Below, in pieces: positions 28,315-39,059 of a DNA stretch of 64,000 nt. Each line of letters opens with the position of its first letter. Position 1 is the stretch's first letter. This DNA comes from an uncultured Ignavibacteria bacterium (GTDB taxonomy: Bacteria; Zixibacteria; MSB-5A5; UM-FILTER-46-8): the NCBI GenBank assembly GCA_964563085.1, contig CAZLVS010000002.1, positions 64,091 to 128,090 on the forward strand, written 5' to 3'. The position numbers and the translations under genes are program-made. Under the pieces are notes generated by a model, which ran no database searches, was not told the DNA's origin, and saw only the letters and a program-made list of their open reading frames with translations.

Positions 28315-28500
28315 GGCGTTGGAGCGCTGACCGGGGATCCGTTATAAATCGGTGTCGGGTTTCTCGCTCATTTCATTCGCTCGGAACCCGACCTGCAGCT
28401 CGCCGTGTCCCGATGAAGTTGGGGCAATGACAGAAACAGAATTCATTGCGAACCGGAGGCTTGCCGAGGGCTCGGCAATCTTTTATTCTCTCGCAACATT
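28315..28500. repeat. GC-rich REP-like intergenic repeat cluster (family B)
   Basis: GCGCTGACCG...AAATCGGTGTCGGGTTT...CATTCGCTCGGAACCCGACCTGC shared with 29800-29905. GAATTCATTGCGAACCGGAGGCTTGCCGAGGGCTCGGCAATCT shared with 31785-31830. Confidence 0.6.
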
Positions 28501-28547
28501 CCAAATTGTGAATTTGAGAAGCACGGATGAGTATCAGTCCTACGGCG

Positions 28548-28862
28548 TCAAATCAATGCAAATAGACCATTAATGATTAAATATATCGCGACTATTACGG
28601 CGTAAATGAAGGTCGTTTTATCTTTGCGGCGAGATAGCGTCAAGTAACCAATTATGGTGATGATGGGGATTAGTAGTATCAGTAACGTTACCGGCAATCC
28701 CGGAAAGGAAGGCGACAGGTCAACCTCCGCTCCCGAGAGATAGTTATCGGCATCGGTTATATAATCCCAATGCAAAACAATGCTGAATACAATCCCTATC
28801 AAGACTACCGCAACCGATATCCTGTAGAATTTTGCCAATTTACGCTGCAGTTCATTGTTCAT
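28548..28862 (-). CDS. DUF1634-like small membrane protein (TauE partner)
   Basis: 104 aa, three TM helices, directly downstream of TauE/SafE. Confidence 0.6.
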   Translation of the reverse strand: MNNELQRKLAKFYRISVAVVLIGIVFSIVLHWDYITDADNYLSGAEVDLSPSFPGLPVTLLILLIPIITIIGYLTLSRRKDKTTFIYAVIVAIYLIINGLFALI

Positions 28863-28867
28863 ACCAG

Positions 28868-29704
28868 TTATCCCTTCAAAAACATTCGTATCGCGGTATA
28901 AACCAGAATTAAGCTGAATGCTAAGTTAATGTAATCAGACTTGATTTTCGGCGCAATGGAGGCGCCGATCCGCGCCCCGATAAAAACCGATCCGGCTGCG
29001 ATTATAGCAGTCATTGGATTTACATATCCTCCGGTGAGATAATGCACCGCTCCAGCCGATGCCGTTATACCGATCATAAACGCCGATGTGGCGGTCGATT
29101 TCTTGATAGGTGCACCCAGAAGAAGATGCATTACAGGCACTTTTATCACGCCGCCGCCCACTCCCAGAATTGCTGAAACCAATCCCGCCATTATCCCTGA
29201 AAAGTAACTTTTCCCCCGCGCACTTTTGCTTATTTTCTTGAAATCCCATTCACCTTGATTCTCGTTCCCTGTTGCCGATGATTCCTTGATTTTGGAAACA
29301 GAGCGCTTAGCCATCTGGTAAGCGGTCCACAGCAAAACCACTCCGAAGGAAACCGCCACCGCACGCGCCGGCAGATATGGCGCGGACATACCTCCGATGG
29401 TGGCGCCCAATACGGTATATAGCTCCAAACTGAAAGCCATCGGCAGCGAGACAACTCCCCGACTGAGATATACCGATGAAGCGGCGGCCGATGTGATTAC
29501 AATCGCCACCAGGCTTGTCCCGACCGCTGATATAATAGGGAAATCGAATACAATCGCCAACACCGGCACCATGATAATCCCTCCTCCCAGACCGAGAATC
29601 GAACCCACAAAACCGGCAAAAGCGGTGGCGCCGATAAGAATCACAAAATCCAAACAAACCTCACGGAATCGAATAAAGTGGGATTCTAAGTAATCAGTTG
29701 ACAA
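28868..29704 (-). CDS. TauE/SafE family sulfite/anion exporter
   Basis: 278 aa polytopic. Duplicated 4-TM halves with GxGGG motifs (LGLGGGIIMVP, LGVGGGVIKVP). Confidence 0.75.
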   Translation of the reverse strand: MSTDYLESHFIRFREVCLDFVILIGATAFAGFVGSILGLGGGIIMVPVLAIVFDFPIISAVGTSLVAIVITSAAASSVYLSRGVVSLPMAFSLELYTVLGATIGGMSAPYLPARAVAVSFGVVLLWTAYQMAKRSVSKIKESSATGNENQGEWDFKKISKSARGKSYFSGIMAGLVSAILGVGGGVIKVPVMHLLLGAPIKKSTATSAFMIGITASAGAVHYLTGGYVNPMTAIIAAGSVFIGARIGASIAPKIKSDYINLAFSLILVYTAIRMFLKG

Positions 29705-29759
29705 AACACAATAGAAATCATCGAGCGGGCAGGGGCTTGCAATCCGCTACCACGACCCT

Positions 29760-29905
29760 TATTTCCGGTATTGCAGTAGAACAAGAGATTGCCGCGCCCT
29801 CGGAAACCGCGCGGCGTCAGCGCTGGCGCGCTGACCGACGGAGGATTGAAAAACGGTGTCGGGTTTTCATTCGCTACGCTCACTCGGAACCCGACCTGCT
29901 TCACT
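29760..29905. repeat. GC-rich REP-like intergenic repeat (family B)
   Basis: GTCAGCGCTGGCGCGCTGACCGACGGAGGATTGAAAAACGGTGTCGGGTTTTCATTCGCTACGCTCACTCGGAACCCGACCTGC. Confidence 0.6.
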
Positions 29906-29933
29906 TAAACTCACTTGTTGCGCATGGATCGGC

Positions 29934-31592
29934 TTATTCCAAGCCAGTCAGCAGCGCGTCGCTGTAGCCCTCCGGTGAATTCAGTACCTCCCGAGCCTTT
30001 TTTATTTCCGGGTGCTGTTTCAACCAAACCAACCGGTAACGCGCTTTCGATCCCAGCTTGATGGTGAGAATCTCCTCGGTTAATGCCCATTTAATTAACT
30101 CTCTGTCAGCGTCAAACATCTCCGATTTGAGTTTTTTAAAATTGTCACGGAAATTTTCGAGATACTCCTTCGTTCGGCTGGAAAGCCGTTCGCACGAAAA
30201 CGAGGTCAGGAAGGAATCGTATCGTATTTCGAATTCCGGTTTGTAATCGAAATCTTCTTCCTGCAAATATTCTTTAAATTGGCTGACTATGTTCTCATTA
30301 ACAACGAAATTCGAATCGATACTCACCCCGTATTCGGCAATATAATAAACCGCAAAATCAAATAGCATTCCTTTCCGTTTTAATGCTTTTATCAATTCGG
30401 TCTCATCGACAGGCTCCACCACAATGTCCGGCTGTATCCCGCCTTTGTCGCTAAGCTGCCGACCTGTTGATGTGAAATACAAAGAATGAGATGAATCACC
30501 GGTGCATTTGTAGTCATTCAAATCCAGTTTTCCCGCTTCGTTATCTTTCTGAAGACATCTACCCGATGGCGTATAATATTTGGAGGTTGTTAGTTTAAGA
30601 GCCGAATAGGAATCCAGCCTCAGTATCCGCTGCACCAGCCCTTTTCCGTAGGAATTGCTCCCTACAATCAAGCCCCTATCCCAGTCCTGGACAGCGCCCG
30701 CTACGATTTCCGCGGCGGATGCCGTCCCGCCGTCGATTAAAATCACAAGCGGTAATCCGGTGTAAACAATTCCGTCATTCGAGGAGTAATGCCGATTGAC
30801 ATCCCCGTTTCGGCTTCTGGTTTCCACCACCACCTTGCCGGATTCCAAGAATAGACCGGTAACCTTAACCGCTTCTAACAATAGTCCCCCGGAATTGGAG
30901 CGGAAATCCACGATCAGCGACTTTGCGCCATCTTCCGAAATGCTTCGGAGAGCTTCTTTCATCTCCACGTAACTGGTTTCCGTGAAACGCGTTAGCCGTA
31001 TATAACCGATTCCATCCGGCAATAGAGTATAAAACGGTATTGAATTAACTTCTACATATTCCCGGGGCAGTTTATAGCTAATAAAATCGGGAAATCCGGG
31101 ACGGAGAATCGAGAATGATAGGTAACTGCCGACGTGTCCTCGCATCAACTCCAAAGCCTTCTTTCGGGAAAGTTCAGAAGTGAGTTTTCCGCCCACCGAG
31201 ATAATTTTATCGCCCGGTCTTAATCCGGCGCGATAAGCCGGCGTTCCCTCCAGCACCGATACTATAATCAAGCTGTTATGACGCATATCGACCTCGATCC
31301 CGATCCCCTCGAATTCGCCGTGAGTATAATCCAGGATATCGCGATAATCATCCTGCTTCAGGTAACGGCTGTACGAATCCAGCGAATGCAGCATCCCGTT
31401 TATTCCATCCTCGATAATGCTGTCCAGCTCCACTTCCTCGGCATAACGTTCCTCGATTGTCATCGCCACCCGGCAGAGTTTTTTTAGATCGTAGTCATAA
31501 GAATCATAATCAGCATAAACGAAACTGAAGATAACTAACGCCAGCAGAACATAAGGAAACAGCATTAACCATTTCTTCATCTGTGGTGACAA
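29934..31592 (-). CDS. ctpA: S41 family carboxyl-terminal processing peptidase with PDZ domain
   Basis: PDZ region GIGIEVDMRHNSLIIVSVLEGTPAYRAGLRPGDKIISVGG. S41 motifs FRSNSGGLL and TASAAEIVAGAVQD. Confidence 0.85.
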   Translation of the reverse strand: MSPQMKKWLMLFPYVLLALVIFSFVYADYDSYDYDLKKLCRVAMTIEERYAEEVELDSIIEDGINGMLHSLDSYSRYLKQDDYRDILDYTHGEFEGIGIEVDMRHNSLIIVSVLEGTPAYRAGLRPGDKIISVGGKLTSELSRKKALELMRGHVGSYLSFSILRPGFPDFISYKLPREYVEVNSIPFYTLLPDGIGYIRLTRFTETSYVEMKEALRSISEDGAKSLIVDFRSNSGGLLLEAVKVTGLFLESGKVVVETRSRNGDVNRHYSSNDGIVYTGLPLVILIDGGTASAAEIVAGAVQDWDRGLIVGSNSYGKGLVQRILRLDSYSALKLTTSKYYTPSGRCLQKDNEAGKLDLNDYKCTGDSSHSLYFTSTGRQLSDKGGIQPDIVVEPVDETELIKALKRKGMLFDFAVYYIAEYGVSIDSNFVVNENIVSQFKEYLQEEDFDYKPEFEIRYDSFLTSFSCERLSSRTKEYLENFRDNFKKLKSEMFDADRELIKWALTEEILTIKLGSKARYRLVWLKQHPEIKKAREVLNSPEGYSDALLTGLE

Positions 31593-31739
31593 TATCCCCC
31601 CTTGATGCGTATAGAAGTATATGTTCCGGCATTGCAGGTCGAAACCTTTATGGTTTCGACAATTATAGATGCCCTAAGCCGGATAGGTTATCGTGCGCTC
31701 CAGTGGTCAGCAATCTGTCTCATAACGTCAAAAGGATTG

Positions 31740-31942
31740 CTTCGTAGTCCCGCGCTTCGCGGGACTCCTTGCAATGACGGGAAAATAATTCATTGCGAGC
31801 CCGAGGCTTGCCGAGGGCGCGGCAATCTCCTATCCTCATGCAATTCCCCAAATGAAGCTTGTGAGACAGATTGTCAGCCCTCTGGGCTGACGCAGCCGTA
31901 CCGTCAGCGCATGAGCGCTGACCGGCGGATTCAGGTTTCGAC
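31740..31942. repeat. GC-rich REP-like intergenic repeat (family B) plus GTCGAAACC hairpins
   Basis: AATTCATTGCGAGCCCGAGGCTTGCCGAGGGCGCGGCAATCT. GTCAGCGCATGAGCGCTGACCG hairpin. AGGTCGAAACC-TTTATG-GTTTCGAC palindrome at 31631-31668. Confidence 0.6.
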
Positions 31943-32590
31943 CTACAGTAATTTTTGTATCTCGGAATAAATCCTCTCCGATATAGAATCTATATCGTCT
32001 TCGGCAGAGATGATTTTAAACCGCTCCGCCTCCGATTTCGCAATTTCCAGAAAACCGTTTCTGACACGACGATGAAAATCGATTTTTTCCTCTTCCAGAC
32101 GGTCTTTAAATAAGGGAACGCTGGAGAATCTCGCCTGGGCGGTTTCCGCGGGGAGATCGAAAAGAAAAGTCACGTCCGGCTTTATGCCGGCGGACGCTAC
32201 CAGGTTCATTTTTTTGATCGATTCGATATCCAACCCGCGCCCGTAGCCCTGATATGCGGTCGAGGAATCGAAATACCTGTCCGAGAGTACGACCTTACCC
32301 GCCTGCTTGCCCGGGATAATCAGTTCGCGGGTTAATTGTGCGCGGGAAGCTTCATACAGAAGCAATTCCGCTTCCGCCGAAAGCCTTTTGTTGGCGGTAT
32401 CCAGAAGTATATCCCTGATCTTCTCGGATATCTCGGTACCGCCCGGTTCTCGTACCACCACCACCCCGTACCCTTTGCGCAAAAGCGTTGACGACAACAG
32501 CCTAACCTGGGTCGATTTACCGCAGTAATCGATCCCTTCGAAACTGATAAACAGACCGTTGGATATCTTTTTATAATCTAAATCTGCCAA
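31943..32590 (-). CDS. tmk: thymidylate kinase
   Basis: P-loop FEGIDYCGKST. DRYFDSSTAYQG. Confidence 0.85.
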   Translation of the reverse strand: MADLDYKKISNGLFISFEGIDYCGKSTQVRLLSSTLLRKGYGVVVVREPGGTEISEKIRDILLDTANKRLSAEAELLLYEASRAQLTRELIIPGKQAGKVVLSDRYFDSSTAYQGYGRGLDIESIKKMNLVASAGIKPDVTFLFDLPAETAQARFSSVPLFKDRLEEEKIDFHRRVRNGFLEIAKSEAERFKIISAEDDIDSISERIYSEIQKLL

Positions 32591-32886
32591 TATTCAATCT
32601 CCATCCCGCCAATATAACTGTATTAAATTTTATCGGCAAATATTTGGTGATAAATGTTGATACCTGCTGATTTAACACTTGAAATAATTTTATAAATTTA
32701 ATATTTTCATAGTTAAGGAGTTTAGACGCCATCCAGGGAAGTTGCATCAAGGCACGCAGGGGAAAAGGCGCAATTTCTGTTGTATTAACAGCAATTATGC
32801 TTGATGCATGTTCTTTCAAGAAACCAATATTTTCTTCATAATTTCATACTTTAATTCAAACCTAAAGTGCGTGAAGGAGGAATTCC

Positions 32887-35673
32887 ATGAAGCTACTTAC
32901 ACAATCCTTAACCATTTCTTTCATCTGTCTTTTCTTGATTCTGGCGATCAATCCACCAGCAAATAGCAGCACAATATATGTCGAGGGAGATGTCTGGGGG
33001 CAATGGAGCGCGGATACGGTGTTAGTTACCGATTCTATTCGTGTTCCCACTGATAGCAATCTTATTATCGATCCGGGAACCAAAGTCCTTTTCTGGGCGC
33101 ATGATAAATTCGTGGTGGATAGCGCTGCTACGTTGATTGCGGTTGGAACGGAAATGGATTCCATCCGGTTCGACGAATATTTCTCGGGGAATAAATGGCA
33201 TGGGATAAGATTTCTCAATGCCTCAGATTCGTGCATATTGGAATATTGTTGCCTAATACACGGCAAGGCTTCAGGTATCGGCGATGACGCTTATGGCGGC
33301 GCCATCTTTTGCAGTCATTCCGATATTACCATTAAAAATTGCCTTATTGATAGATGCTCCGCAAAAGAACGCGGAGGCGGCATTTCTTGTATACAGTCTA
33401 GCCCTATGATATCCGACAACATTATCATTAGGAACAACATCCTTAGAAACGAAGCCAATGACGGCGGGGGCGGGATTTATTGTGGAATTAATTCCAATCC
33501 CTCCATTATGGGGAACACGATTGGTGCAAATGAAACCGGCGGAGACAGCTATGGTGGCGGCATTTATTGTAGCAATTCCAGTCCGATAATCGATGGAAAT
33601 AACATTACTGGAAATAGAGGATACAACGGCGGTGGCGGCATTTGTTGCGAGGAAAATTCAAATCCAACGATAAATGATAATGTTATCAGTGAGAACTGGA
33701 CCGTATATTTTCAAGGTGGCGGCGGAGTGTACTGTATCAACTCCAGCCCCTCAATTACCGGAAATACCATCAGCGGAAACTGGACTGATGCCTATTATGG
33801 TTATGGAGGCGGAATCTCCTGCCAAAGTAACTCCAGTCCTACAATTACCGGCAACACCGTTGATAATAATTCAGCATCGAATTATGGAGGCGGAATCTCC
33901 TGCAGGGCTGACTCCCACCCCATAATTAGTGGCAACATCATAAATAGCAATTCTGTAGTGAATTACAGCGGTGGTGGTATTTACTGCTATAATTCCTGTC
34001 CCACAATCAGCGATAACACCCTTGACGGGAATAGCGCGAACCGGGATGGCGGAGGAATTTATTGCGACATTGGGTCCAACGCAAATATTGACGGGAATTA
34101 CTTCGTTGCGAATTCAGCGGCTGATTATGGCGGCGGGATTCGGACTTCGGGTAGTTCGCCGGTAATAAGTAACAATTTCATCACCTCCAATATTGCCGAT
34201 GACGGCGGAGGGATATCCGTAAGTTCGTATCATGGAATTGTTAACTATAATACTATTTCAGATAATACCGCCGGATCTAACGGTGGTGGAATTCATATTA
34301 CTAATTCCGGTTCTAATCTTATTTTGTTGAATAATTCAGTTATCGAAAACATAGCCGGTTCTGACGGTGGTGGGATTTACCTGTCCGCGTCCGATCCCCG
34401 GATCATCAATTCAATAATATTTTTAAATACTGCGACCAACGGTCCCCAAATCTGGCCCACTAACGGTTCCGATCCGGATGTGACCTATTCCTGTATTGAA
34501 GGCTACTGGCCCGGCGAGGGCAACATATTCGATGATCCCTTATTCCGCGATCCCGATAACGGGGATTATCACCTCCAGGATAATATCAACTGCGGCGATA
34601 CGCTTTACTCTCCCTGTATCGATGCCGGGGATCCCGCAATACTCGATGCGACACTGAGCTGTGAATGGGGACTGGGCGAGAGAATTAGCGACATCGGCGC
34701 CTACGGTGGCGGCGACAGGACTCCTACTATCAGCAATATGAGCCGCAATCCGGAGAATCCCGTCGAGGGCGAAGAGTGCGAGATCTCGGCAATTATAATT
34801 GATGAAACCGGATGGATCGACCATGCTGGTCTATATGCGGACATGGGTTCAGGTTTCTACCTATTTCCGATGAGTAATGTTGCGGATTCGTTTTTCGCCA
34901 CCATCCCCGGACTGCCCAAAGACACTACGGTCTTCTACTATATAACAGCGGTGGACGAAATCGGAGACTCCACCGTTAGCGACACTCTCTCATACACTGT
35001 CCTGCCCGCATTATGCTGCGACGTGGACATGGAAACCGATAGTTATCCGATCAATGTTCCTCCCGGCGGCTCCTTCGGACTCACCGGCATTATCGGAAAC
35101 CCTTCGTTGGAACCGATTATTACAGATGTCTGGGTAGGAGTAAGAAACGGCAGCGCTTTTATACAGCTTTACGACTTTCGGAATATTATTCTCAATGCTG
35201 GTCAGTATGTGTCGGCTCATTTAGTACAGAACGTACCGGTCTCTGCCGATCCCGGAGTTTATGGATACGCCGCCTTTTGCGGGGACTTCGATGGGTGGTC
35301 GGTATGCGATTCCGCTTCATTTGAATTCACCATAACCGGAGCGCCATTAGCGCGCGGCGCAATGGAATGGACGCTGGAAGGAGGCTGGGGAGGTGTTGCC
35401 GAAAAGCCGACAGATTACGCCCTTATAGCTAATTACCCCAATCCATTCAACGCCGCGACCACTATCGTTTATCAGCTTCCCGAATCCGGAGATGTAAATC
35501 TGAGCGTTTATAATATCGCCGGACAACGAGTTGAGACCTTGGTGAGCGGTTTGATGGAAACGGGGAATCACAGAGCTAATTGGGATGCGTCTAATTACTC
35601 CAGCGGTATATATTTCTACAAACTTACCGCCGGGGAGAAAGTGTTCACCAGGCGGATGACATTATTGAAATAG
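32887..35673 (+). CDS. secreted parallel beta-helix repeat protein with conserved pre-CTD module and T9SS sorting domain
   Basis: Signal peptide. Many NxIxGNxAxxGGGIYC repeats. Module DMETDSYPINVPPGGSFGLTGIIGNP. CTD NYPNPFNAATTIVYQL...GIYFYKL...RRMTLLK. Confidence 0.85.
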   Translation: MKLLTQSLTISFICLFLILAINPPANSSTIYVEGDVWGQWSADTVLVTDSIRVPTDSNLIIDPGTKVLFWAHDKFVVDSAATLIAVGTEMDSIRFDEYFSGNKWHGIRFLNASDSCILEYCCLIHGKASGIGDDAYGGAIFCSHSDITIKNCLIDRCSAKERGGGISCIQSSPMISDNIIIRNNILRNEANDGGGGIYCGINSNPSIMGNTIGANETGGDSYGGGIYCSNSSPIIDGNNITGNRGYNGGGGICCEENSNPTINDNVISENWTVYFQGGGGVYCINSSPSITGNTISGNWTDAYYGYGGGISCQSNSSPTITGNTVDNNSASNYGGGISCRADSHPIISGNIINSNSVVNYSGGGIYCYNSCPTISDNTLDGNSANRDGGGIYCDIGSNANIDGNYFVANSAADYGGGIRTSGSSPVISNNFITSNIADDGGGISVSSYHGIVNYNTISDNTAGSNGGGIHITNSGSNLILLNNSVIENIAGSDGGGIYLSASDPRIINSIIFLNTATNGPQIWPTNGSDPDVTYSCIEGYWPGEGNIFDDPLFRDPDNGDYHLQDNINCGDTLYSPCIDAGDPAILDATLSCEWGLGERISDIGAYGGGDRTPTISNMSRNPENPVEGEECEISAIIIDETGWIDHAGLYADMGSGFYLFPMSNVADSFFATIPGLPKDTTVFYYITAVDEIGDSTVSDTLSYTVLPALCCDVDMETDSYPINVPPGGSFGLTGIIGNPSLEPIITDVWVGVRNGSAFIQLYDFRNIILNAGQYVSAHLVQNVPVSADPGVYGYAAFCGDFDGWSVCDSASFEFTITGAPLARGAMEWTLEGGWGGVAEKPTDYALIANYPNPFNAATTIVYQLPESGDVNLSVYNIAGQRVETLVSGLMETGNHRANWDASNYSSGIYFYKLTAGEKVFTRRMTLLK

Positions 35674-35812
35674 AATTTAACAAGCTCTTTGCGCTATCGG
35701 GCGCCGCAACCCGATAGCGCCTCATACTAAGATATTGTATAGTTAGGGCGCTACTCATTTCGGATAAGGGCGAACGAATGTATCCGCCATCCACGACCAT
35801 GCTTCAAGCGTT

Positions 35813-36715
35813 TTACTGTATAGATGCGTCTACAGCAAGCCCTTCATTATTTTCCGATTCCTTTTCCGAATCAGTCTTCTGCGCAACGCCGCCTAATAAT
35901 TCATCCCCAAGAGCCAGGTAATCCTCCGCTCCGAATGACGAGGGAGAGGTCTGTAAAATAGTCCCGGCTTTCATGGCGCCTTCGGCAAGGCGTACATTCT
36001 TACGTATAACCGTGCTGAAAACCTTGCCGCCCAGATTCGGTGACTGACGCATTTTATCCAAAACATCATGGGAGTGCCTGGTGCGTCCGTCAAACATAAC
36101 CGCAAGGAATCCGCTGATCTTTAGGGATGGATTATATGCATTACGTATATGGCTCAGCTTTTCCAAAAATGATAAGGTGCTATTAAGAGCCAATATCTCC
36201 GTCTGTACCGGTATTATCACTTCATCGACCGCCACCAGCGAGTTAACGAGGAAATCACCATTGTATGACGGACAATCCAAAATAACAAAATCGTGATCGG
36301 TAGGCACAGCTTCGATCGCCTCCTTTAGTACTGAGTGGCGGTTGCCGCTGATTTCGAATATTGATCGCACTTCATCGATATCGCTTATCCCCTGCACGAG
36401 AAACAAGTTTTCCAATCCGGTTTCGCTGATAGCATCCACCAGCGGGATTCTGCCGGTGAGAACATGGCCGAGATGAAGCCGCTCTTTACCATTATTGGCT
36501 GCAAACCAGGAGGACAGAGAACCCTGAGGATCGCAGTCGATAAGCAGCGCTTTCTTGCCTGCTTTAGCCAGCGCTGCGGAAAGGTTGACAGCGGTTGTGG
36601 TTTTGGCAACGCCGCCTTTTTGATTGGCAATCGCTATTTTGCGGCAATTAGAACGATTATAAACACCGAAATTACCTGATGAGTCGGTATTACCGTACAT
36701 ACTTCTTAACTCCAT
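35813..36715 (-). CDS. ParA/Soj-family deviant Walker-A ATPase (orphan; no parB adjacent)
   Basis: KIAIANQKGGVAKTTTAVNL. Acidic C-terminal tail. Start ambiguous (Met1 or Met6). Confidence 0.75.
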   Translation of the reverse strand: MELRSMYGNTDSSGNFGVYNRSNCRKIAIANQKGGVAKTTTAVNLSAALAKAGKKALLIDCDPQGSLSSWFAANNGKERLHLGHVLTGRIPLVDAISETGLENLFLVQGISDIDEVRSIFEISGNRHSVLKEAIEAVPTDHDFVILDCPSYNGDFLVNSLVAVDEVIIPVQTEILALNSTLSFLEKLSHIRNAYNPSLKISGFLAVMFDGRTRHSHDVLDKMRQSPNLGGKVFSTVIRKNVRLAEGAMKAGTILQTSPSSFGAEDYLALGDELLGGVAQKTDSEKESENNEGLAVDASIQ

Positions 36716-37519
36716 TTTATATATTGTTTTAGATCGCGGTTCGATGTGCGGAAGAAAATAGTACCTTCCGATGATAAACCGATGTGTTATTATCTATTCC
36801 CTTTTAGCATAGATAATCCGCAGTGTCAAATAAAAATCGGAGTAATTTGGGTTATTATGACCCGAGTCACCCATGAAATCCGTTTTCGGTCGTAGAAGCA
36901 TGCCGTGAGCAAATAAACCTGCCGCTGCCGATAACGACGCTTGTTATTAATAAAGATTAGAACTTTTATTCAGGAATTTCCCTGAGAACCGGAGCTTGCC
37001 GCGCCATTAGCAATTTTCGGTTCCGCAACGTCTTCTATTTTTTCATCGCCTTGATTAATGGGGGATGGTGAGCTTGCGTCAGCCAGGGACTATCCGGTAT
37101 CGTATGAATTGCTTCACTTAATACACAGCAATGGATAAGCGCACCCTCACAAATACCAAAACCCACAAATTTCGCTTGATTTCCGCGAGTAAATTGCTTA
37201 TATAAAGCAGCATTCCCCTTGTTTCTCTAAAATGGATTTACCCCAAGGGGGCGTTCTCTGCAATCCGGTATCCATTATAAATAACAACTATTAGCAGTTG
37301 ACCTATGAGAATATCGGCGTCATTGGCAAAATATTACCTCCATGTAGTATTGCACCTTGATCCCGAAAGCGCCCAGGAATGACATGACGTTTAAGAGAAG
37401 AGCCAATCAATTTCCAGCTGCATTATTTCTGCAAACTCGCTGCGGGAGGAAGAACACTCACAAGATAAATGACGCCGAATAAGACAGGCAGACTTAACTA
37501 AAATGATACGGAGTAAATT

Positions 37520-38785
37520 ATGAGGATTCCCATTTTCTGTATTATAGCATTGGCCGTCTTTCTGTTAGCACATGCAAATTCGCTTACTACCCAAGCAGAT
37601 AATATTACTACGATTGAACGTATGACCGCGCACCGGCAAGAGACGGGAGGGGAACTACTAATTAGCCCCGAAGATATGATCGCTTATGATAACGCTCCAA
37701 TACGTTATTATCCTAATTGGACTGAATCCGCAATTATGTGGAGCGTTCGCTTCACGCCGGAACGATTTTGTTCCCTGAAATATATTCAGATAGCGACCTA
37801 TGAGGGCGCGGGAAACGCTGCGATTCATATATGGGAGGATGACGGGAGCGGCTGTCCGGGCAATGATATAATATCGCCTTTTACCATAACGTTATCAGGA
37901 GATCTCTCCTATCAGACCATCCATATAAATCCCCCCGTAGACATTGGAAACGCAGATTTCCATGCAGGTTTCGAATACTTAAATACTCCGCCTCCATACG
38001 CGACTACAGACGGCGACGGAGCGACCGAGGAACGAAGCAAGGTGTATTTTCCGGTAGACGAGTGGTCAAGTTTGCCCCACGACCTCAATATTCGAGCATT
38101 CGTAACCTATTATGAAAGAAGCATTTTAATTTCTATGTTTCCGCATAATCCTCCGATTGTTGTTCCCGCAGGAGGCTCCTTTCGGTACACCGGAGGATTG
38201 ATAAACCAGTTAAGTCAACCCACTGAAATCGATATTTGGGTGATGATTGAAGCGCCCGATTACGAGATGTATGGACCGGTTAAGCTGTATCAAGCGATTC
38301 CGATTGCGCCGCTGGATACCATTGTAGTGCATAGAATAACTCAGCAGGTTCCGGCATTCGCCCCTCCCGGATTCTATAATTATTATGCTTTCTGCGGCGA
38401 TTATCCTGCGCTGGAGGCGGCTTCCGATTCATTCAGGTTTGCGGTGACATCACCTGCCCGAGGCAAAGGTGATAATTGGGAATTGTCCGATTGGTTTGAT
38501 GATAGTGATAGTAATATACCGGATGAAATCACGCTTGACGCCAATTACCCCAATCCGTTTAATGCAAAGACCAAAATCAGCTTCACTCTGCCGGAATCAG
38601 GCAACATAAGCATGGAAGTATGTAATTTAATGGGACAGAAAGTCGCCGCCCTGGTGAACGGACATAAAGAAGCCGGCCACCATACCATAACCTGGGATGC
38701 ATCGAATCAATCCAGCGGGATTTATTTCTACAAGCTAATCGTTGGCGACAAAGTCTTCACGAAACGGATGACATTGCTGAAGTAA
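37520..38785 (+). CDS. secreted protein with conserved pre-CTD module and T9SS sorting domain
   Basis: Signal peptide. Module FPHNPPIVVPAGGSFRYTGGL (diverged). CTD NYPNPFNAKTKISFTL...GIYFYKL...KRMTLLK. Confidence 0.8.
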   Translation: MRIPIFCIIALAVFLLAHANSLTTQADNITTIERMTAHRQETGGELLISPEDMIAYDNAPIRYYPNWTESAIMWSVRFTPERFCSLKYIQIATYEGAGNAAIHIWEDDGSGCPGNDIISPFTITLSGDLSYQTIHINPPVDIGNADFHAGFEYLNTPPPYATTDGDGATEERSKVYFPVDEWSSLPHDLNIRAFVTYYERSILISMFPHNPPIVVPAGGSFRYTGGLINQLSQPTEIDIWVMIEAPDYEMYGPVKLYQAIPIAPLDTIVVHRITQQVPAFAPPGFYNYYAFCGDYPALEAASDSFRFAVTSPARGKGDNWELSDWFDDSDSNIPDEITLDANYPNPFNAKTKISFTLPESGNISMEVCNLMGQKVAALVNGHKEAGHHTITWDASNQSSGIYFYKLIVGDKVFTKRMTLLK

Positions 38786-39059
38786 TTTTATTCATAACGT
38801 AGCCCTCGCGGCTACCCTGGTGTTAATAAAGTGCAGGGGTCCCGATTTTATCGGGATCCCTACGGCGCTTTGAAAGATGCGGTCAGGTGCGGCGACACAA
38901 CTGCCTAAAAAACCCAAAAATCCCCTTGCCTTTCTGTATGTAACCCTGTATCTTTCTTATGAAGGCTGCCTCCATTAAATTTGTGGCGCTATCGCGACCA
39001 CGTGGTTAATTTATTTTCCTTAATTTAAAATGGCAGCCTTCTCTTTTTTACTCTTTTAT

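Noticed and set aside
31602-31970. 122-aa ORF
   Set aside because: It lies wholly within the GC-rich family B repeat island and hairpins between ctp and tmk.
36716-37519. Replication origin next to ParA
   Set aside because: No dnaA gene, no DnaA-box cluster, no parS and no marked AT-richness. Retained only as an unexplained ORF-free region.
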